The notes under the pieces are model-generated. The model ran no database searches. It was not told the DNA's origin and was given only the letters and a program-made list of their open reading frames with translations. Positions 59,800-64,000 of a stretch of DNA of 64,000 nucleotides are shown here, one piece after another. The position numbers were made by a program, and so were the translations under genes. The stretch comes from an uncultured Spirochaetota bacterium (GTDB lineage: Bacteria; Spirochaetota; Brevinematia; Brevinematales; JAOACQ01), in NCBI GenBank assembly GCA_963835575.1, contig CAWIGG010000002.1, positions 480,001-544,000 on the forward strand, given 5' to 3'. The stretch's first letter is position 1. Every line of letters begins with the position of its first letter.

Positions 59800-60462
59800 A
59801 TGGTTGATTTAAAAAATATATTGGAAGACATTGTTTTTGATTTAATTGATAATCTGGATGAAGCGAAAAAAGGCGAAATCAATAAAAGTAAGAGAAAAGA
59901 AATAGCGGCTTATGTCCTTAACAGAATTAAACCGATGTATATTACAAGCAACAAAGGCTTTAATAATGTAATAGTAAAATATCAGAAAGACCCTCAATTT
60001 GTTGCGGATATTATTCTGCAGATTTCAGAGGCTTTGAAAATCATAAAAAAGTCATCCATACAAAATTATATACCGGAGAGCCTGGAAAGAGATAAATTAT
60101 ACTATATTTTTCCTAAAATATATGGTAAGATAATCTCTTTAAAAGGGCTTTTGCCTGTAGATAAAGCGCAAGTATCTCTTTTAGTTGATAATAAATTAGC
60201 TTCGACATTATATGAACTCTGGAAAAACCCAGCTGAGATTATGCCTCGGGATGAAGGTATATTTTCCTTTGCGCCCAGACCGGTAATTGCTGTGCCGCCA
60301 TTTGAAAAAAAGAATTTTGTTATGACGGTTTGTATTGAGAAAAACAGAAAAAAATACGATAAAATATTCTCATACGAAACAGAGCCTTCTTTAACGGCTG
60401 AAGACAGCAGCGATTTCTACGAGAATGTACTTCAGCTGGAAGATATTTATGTGCCTTTTTAA
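59800..60462 (+). CDS. ComFB (late competence development) family protein
   Basis: LKNILEDIV...IAAYVLNRIKPMYITS.KG pattern. Confidence 0.75.
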   Translation: MVDLKNILEDIVFDLIDNLDEAKKGEINKSKRKEIAAYVLNRIKPMYITSNKGFNNVIVKYQKDPQFVADIILQISEALKIIKKSSIQNYIPESLERDKLYYIFPKIYGKIISLKGLLPVDKAQVSLLVDNKLASTLYELWKNPAEIMPRDEGIFSFAPRPVIAVPPFEKKNFVMTVCIEKNRKKYDKIFSYETEPSLTAEDSSDFYENVLQLEDIYVPF

Positions 60463-60665
60463 ATTCTGTTGATAGAGTTTTTGAATTTTTAAGAAAATGG
60501 AGGAAGAGATGGATCAGGGTTCAAAGAATGGATTATTAAAGGATTTTTTCAAAAATCCTGCCGCAGTGATTATATTAGTAATAATTATATTATTTTTAAT
60601 TGTGGTTTTAATTCCGCAGAGCTTTTGGGTAAATTTATCCATGAAATATTTTAAGTAGGTGAATT

Positions 60666-61577
60666 ATGGCTGAAGATATTACTTTTTACTCTAAAAATGA
60701 TATCGAATGCCCCGTCTGCAATACAACATTTAAAAGGGAAGAGCTTCTTACAGGAAGGGGGAGATTAAGCGCGGGAGATCTGACAAACGAGTTGAGAAGA
60801 ACATATATCCCCACTCAGAAATTCGGAGCGGTAAATCCTCTGCTTTATCCCATGACTGTCTGTCCGACATGCCTTTATGCCGTTGATGATTTTGATTTTC
60901 TGAGCATACCTTCAAAAGCGGTACAGAATATAAAAAATTTTAAGGATGTCAGAGCGAGCTATCTCGTTAAGATCTTCGGCAGAATGCCGTCATTCCGGGA
61001 AAACCGGGATCTCGTCAGCGGTATATCAAGCTATATTTTATCAATCAGCTGTTATCCTTTCTTTGATAAGAAAAAGTTCTCACCATCTATTAAGATCGGT
61101 ATTTATTCTCTCAGAACAGCCTGGCTCTTTGAAGATTTATTTAAAGAAACAAAAGATAATAAATATCAGGATTTATCCCAGATGTTTCATTTAAAAGCGC
61201 TGGAGTTTTATGATTACGCCATAGCAAATCAATCCAAAGCGGCCGAACCGATGGAAAACATCAGATCGCTCGGACCTGATACGGATAAAAATTTTGGATA
61301 TGACGGCGTGCTTTATGTGAACGCCATCCTGAAATTCAAAAATTCTCATCTGATAGAAGACCCCTATCAAAAGCTGAAAGTATATGATGATGTCAAAAGG
61401 ATTCTCAGCAAGGTCTTTGGTATAGGCAAGAAAGCGAAGGACAAACCGGAAGTGCTGCTTAATTTCGCAAAAGAAATCTATGAAAAAATAGGGGAAGAAA
61501 CCGAGATGCTCCAGAATTCTCTTCAAAATATTGAAACAGACGGTGATAATACCGGGCAGAACAACGGTACGGCTTAG
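60666..61577 (+). CDS. DUF2225 domain protein
   Basis: CPVC...NPLLY...VCPTC.YA; LGPDTDKNFGYDGVLY. Confidence 0.85.
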   Translation: MAEDITFYSKNDIECPVCNTTFKREELLTGRGRLSAGDLTNELRRTYIPTQKFGAVNPLLYPMTVCPTCLYAVDDFDFLSIPSKAVQNIKNFKDVRASYLVKIFGRMPSFRENRDLVSGISSYILSISCYPFFDKKKFSPSIKIGIYSLRTAWLFEDLFKETKDNKYQDLSQMFHLKALEFYDYAIANQSKAAEPMENIRSLGPDTDKNFGYDGVLYVNAILKFKNSHLIEDPYQKLKVYDDVKRILSKVFGIGKKAKDKPEVLLNFAKEIYEKIGEETEMLQNSLQNIETDGDNTGQNNGTA

Positions 61578-61613
61578 GGTAATATAATTGCTGAAAAAGA
61601 CCAAGGGGTTTTA

Positions 61614-63551
61614 ATGAAAAGCTGCTATGGCGGTATAATTTCAAGATTAATATTAATAACGGTTTGTTTTGTCGCTTTCCAGCGAAGTATTATATTTCCG
61701 GAAGAAACAGGCATTAATGCCAAGTTTTATCTGGATGCGGGAATTAATTTATACAAGCAGGAGAAGTATTTTGATGCTATCGATTCATTCCGGAATGCGC
61801 TTGAAATCAACCCGTATTACGGTGATGCTTATAAATATATGGCTGAAGTCTATTTTGTTCTGGGCGAATATCAGGTAAGCCTTGAAAATTCCCTGAATGC
61901 CTTAAAATATGCGAACAATGACCCGGATGCGATGCTTTTAGTGGCTAATTCTTACCGGGAATTGGGTCAGTATGATCAGTCCGTCCGTTATTATAATACG
62001 ATTATCAGTAAATTTCCCTCCTATGTCGAGGTTTACCGGAATCTGGCTGAACTCTATATGAAAATGAATAAACTGCCGCTGGCTTTATCTACACTGAATA
62101 AAGCTGACAGGATCAATAAAAATTACTGGAAAAATTATATTTCTTTCGGAAACTATTATCTAAAAAATAATGATCCCGCTAAAGCCGAGGATTATTTCCA
62201 TAAGGCTTTTATAATTAATCCCTCGGAAAGAATTGTTTATGTAACTCTGGCTGATTTCTACAGGTCGGAAGGAAATTACGATGAAGCCATTGCACTTTTG
62301 GAAAGCGGTGAAAAGCTTTTTAATAATTTTTATTCAGGCATCCTTTTATTGGCGGATTGTTATTTAAGCAAAGCTGTCCTGTCAGGCAGAGGCTATGACA
62401 AAGCGATTGAAAAATATGTCTGGATAAAAGACAACAATCTGCAGAAAGATATACATTTCAAGAGCAGTCTGTATTATAAAATCGGTTTTGCCTATGAAAC
62501 TATTGATGTTAATAAAGCTGTTGAGAATTACAGAGAGGCTTTGAAAATTGATCCAGGCAATGAATTTGTCAGAAACGCCTTTGAGTATTTTGTTATGAGT
62601 TGTTTTAAGGTCGACTCTCCTGTTAGAAAAGAATTGGCGTTATTTCATTTGAATGCGTCTGAAGAATATTATAAAAAAGGGGAGAATAAAACGTACTTTT
62701 TTCATCTCAAAAGGTCAATAACTCTTTATCCATTACTGATAGAACCCAGAAGGAAATTGGTCAGCTATTTTGAATCAAGAAAAGATACTTTTAATGCTTA
62801 TCAGGAGTTGAAATCGCTGTCAAAAGTCGATCCCAGTATTAAAGTCAGGGATAAAATAGAAAATTATGAGTGGATGATCAAGAATAATAAAATTAAACTG
62901 GAACCCCAGAATTATTATAATTACAATGGGCTTTTTCTTGTCCAGGCTGATTATCTTAATTTTCCGAAGGTTTATGCTGATATTCTGCTTTATAATTCTC
63001 AGTACTATAATAAATTCAAGTTATCAACCATGGATTACCGAAAAGAACAAGGCATTAATGCCGTATTAGAGTATTTGCGGGCAAATAATTACAGCTTTTT
63101 TGTCATCGGCGCAATGGACAAATCTCTTTCTTATATGCAGTTCATGTTGTATGATAAAAACGGCAAATTAATAGATGCTTTAACCGAAAGTTATAAAATG
63201 GAAGAAATGAACACTTCAGTCAATCGTTTTTTAGAATGGATGGATAATGTATTTCCTTCCATCTGGACTATCGGAGATGAAACCTCTCCGGAAGTTTATT
63301 ACCTGTCAGCAGGCGGAATGAATGGAATGAAAAATAGTGAGACGTTTGTTGCTTTTGATGTGGCCGAGGATGGATTTAAACCGCTGTCTTTTTTAAAAAT
63401 AAAAAATTTAGAGGATTATTATTCTTTAATCAGTATTGTGTCGAATTATAAAGAGAGAAATTATGAGCCTTTAAAAGATAAATTCGTAATCAGGAACGAG
63501 TATTTCTCTCCAAAATACTTGACAAATTTAAAAAGGATTTTAGGATATTAG
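61614..63551 (+). CDS. Tetratricopeptide repeat protein, exported
   Basis: Multiple TPR units (ALEINPYY, ALKIDPGN); hydrophobic N-terminus. Confidence 0.85.
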   Translation: MKSCYGGIISRLILITVCFVAFQRSIIFPEETGINAKFYLDAGINLYKQEKYFDAIDSFRNALEINPYYGDAYKYMAEVYFVLGEYQVSLENSLNALKYANNDPDAMLLVANSYRELGQYDQSVRYYNTIISKFPSYVEVYRNLAELYMKMNKLPLALSTLNKADRINKNYWKNYISFGNYYLKNNDPAKAEDYFHKAFIINPSERIVYVTLADFYRSEGNYDEAIALLESGEKLFNNFYSGILLLADCYLSKAVLSGRGYDKAIEKYVWIKDNNLQKDIHFKSSLYYKIGFAYETIDVNKAVENYREALKIDPGNEFVRNAFEYFVMSCFKVDSPVRKELALFHLNASEEYYKKGENKTYFFHLKRSITLYPLLIEPRRKLVSYFESRKDTFNAYQELKSLSKVDPSIKVRDKIENYEWMIKNNKIKLEPQNYYNYNGLFLVQADYLNFPKVYADILLYNSQYYNKFKLSTMDYRKEQGINAVLEYLRANNYSFFVIGAMDKSLSYMQFMLYDKNGKLIDALTESYKMEEMNTSVNRFLEWMDNVFPSIWTIGDETSPEVYYLSAGGMNGMKNSETFVAFDVAEDGFKPLSFLKIKNLEDYYSLISIVSNYKERNYEPLKDKFVIRNEYFSPKYLTNLKRILGY

Positions 63552-63575
63552 AATGACCGCTGTGAGGAGGGCGTA

Positions 63576-64000
63576 ATGGGCTGGAATGTGAGTTTTTGGA
63601 TTGAAGCCATCATAGCAATTTTCTTCGGGCTCCTGATGCTTATCAATAGTTTCAGATATAAAGAAAGAATGTTCCGGCTGATGTTTTTCCTTTTCTTTAT
63701 TCTGATGGTCAAATCATTTGTCTATATTTCTCTCCGATTAACTGATGTATCATGGACTCTGGTTCAAACAACATCCGGTGTAAAGAAAGTCCTGGAAGAA
63801 AGCATGGTTCCGCTTTATAACTTGAAGTATATCATATTCCAGGCGCTCGAATTTATTTATCTTATGATGTTTTATTACATTATAATGTCCAACCGTAAAA
63901 AAGCTGAGGAAAAGAGCAGCAGAGGGACATTTATTTTTACCGGGCTGCTTATTTTAATATCAATATTATTTACTTCGGCAGTTATTTATCTTTCTGTCCA
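63576..64000 (+). CDS. Membrane protein, 5' part only (runs off the window)
   Basis: GAGGAGG RBS, ATG 63576, hydrophobic frame MGWNVSFWIEAIIAIFFGLL... Confidence 0.65.
   Translation, partial: MGWNVSFWIEAIIAIFFGLLMLINSFRYKERMFRLMFFLFFILMVKSFVYISLRLTDVSWTLVQTTSGVKKVLEESMVPLYNLKYIIFQALEFIYLMMFYYIIMSNRKKAEEKSSRGTFIFTGLLILISILFTSAVIYLSV

Overview
Bacterial chromosomal window, probably from a spirochete-type organism (inferred from the ComFB-DUF2225-TPR cluster, bactofilin, Cache MCP and LacI-type sensors lacking HTH). Core genes include dnaN, aroC, nadB, map, leuS, dapB, guaB, recQ, rnhC and tRNA-Gly(TCC). There are three complete IS elements with visible terminal inverted repeats (IRs) and target duplications (IS1380, IS1182/IS5-like, IS5) and a REP-associated tyrosine transposase (RAYT) with GTAG palindromes. 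The most unusual signal is intergenic: several families of ~30-40 nt arms built from 9-nt periodic units occur as inward-facing, often nested, inverted pairs around AT-rich spacers or cargo genes. One pair brackets a ~5.95-kb insert (RAYT plus a secreted SH3 protein gene broken by two IS elements) that splits a glycerol-3-phosphate-dehydrogenase-like operon. Also notable are a ~127-codon insertion in LeuRS, an 1891-aa SprA (T9SS translocon)-like protein, two secreted 30-aa-repeat proteins, IS5-like MITEs and a cluster of atypical c-di-GMP signalling genes. All product calls come from motif recognition by eye; no database search was run.
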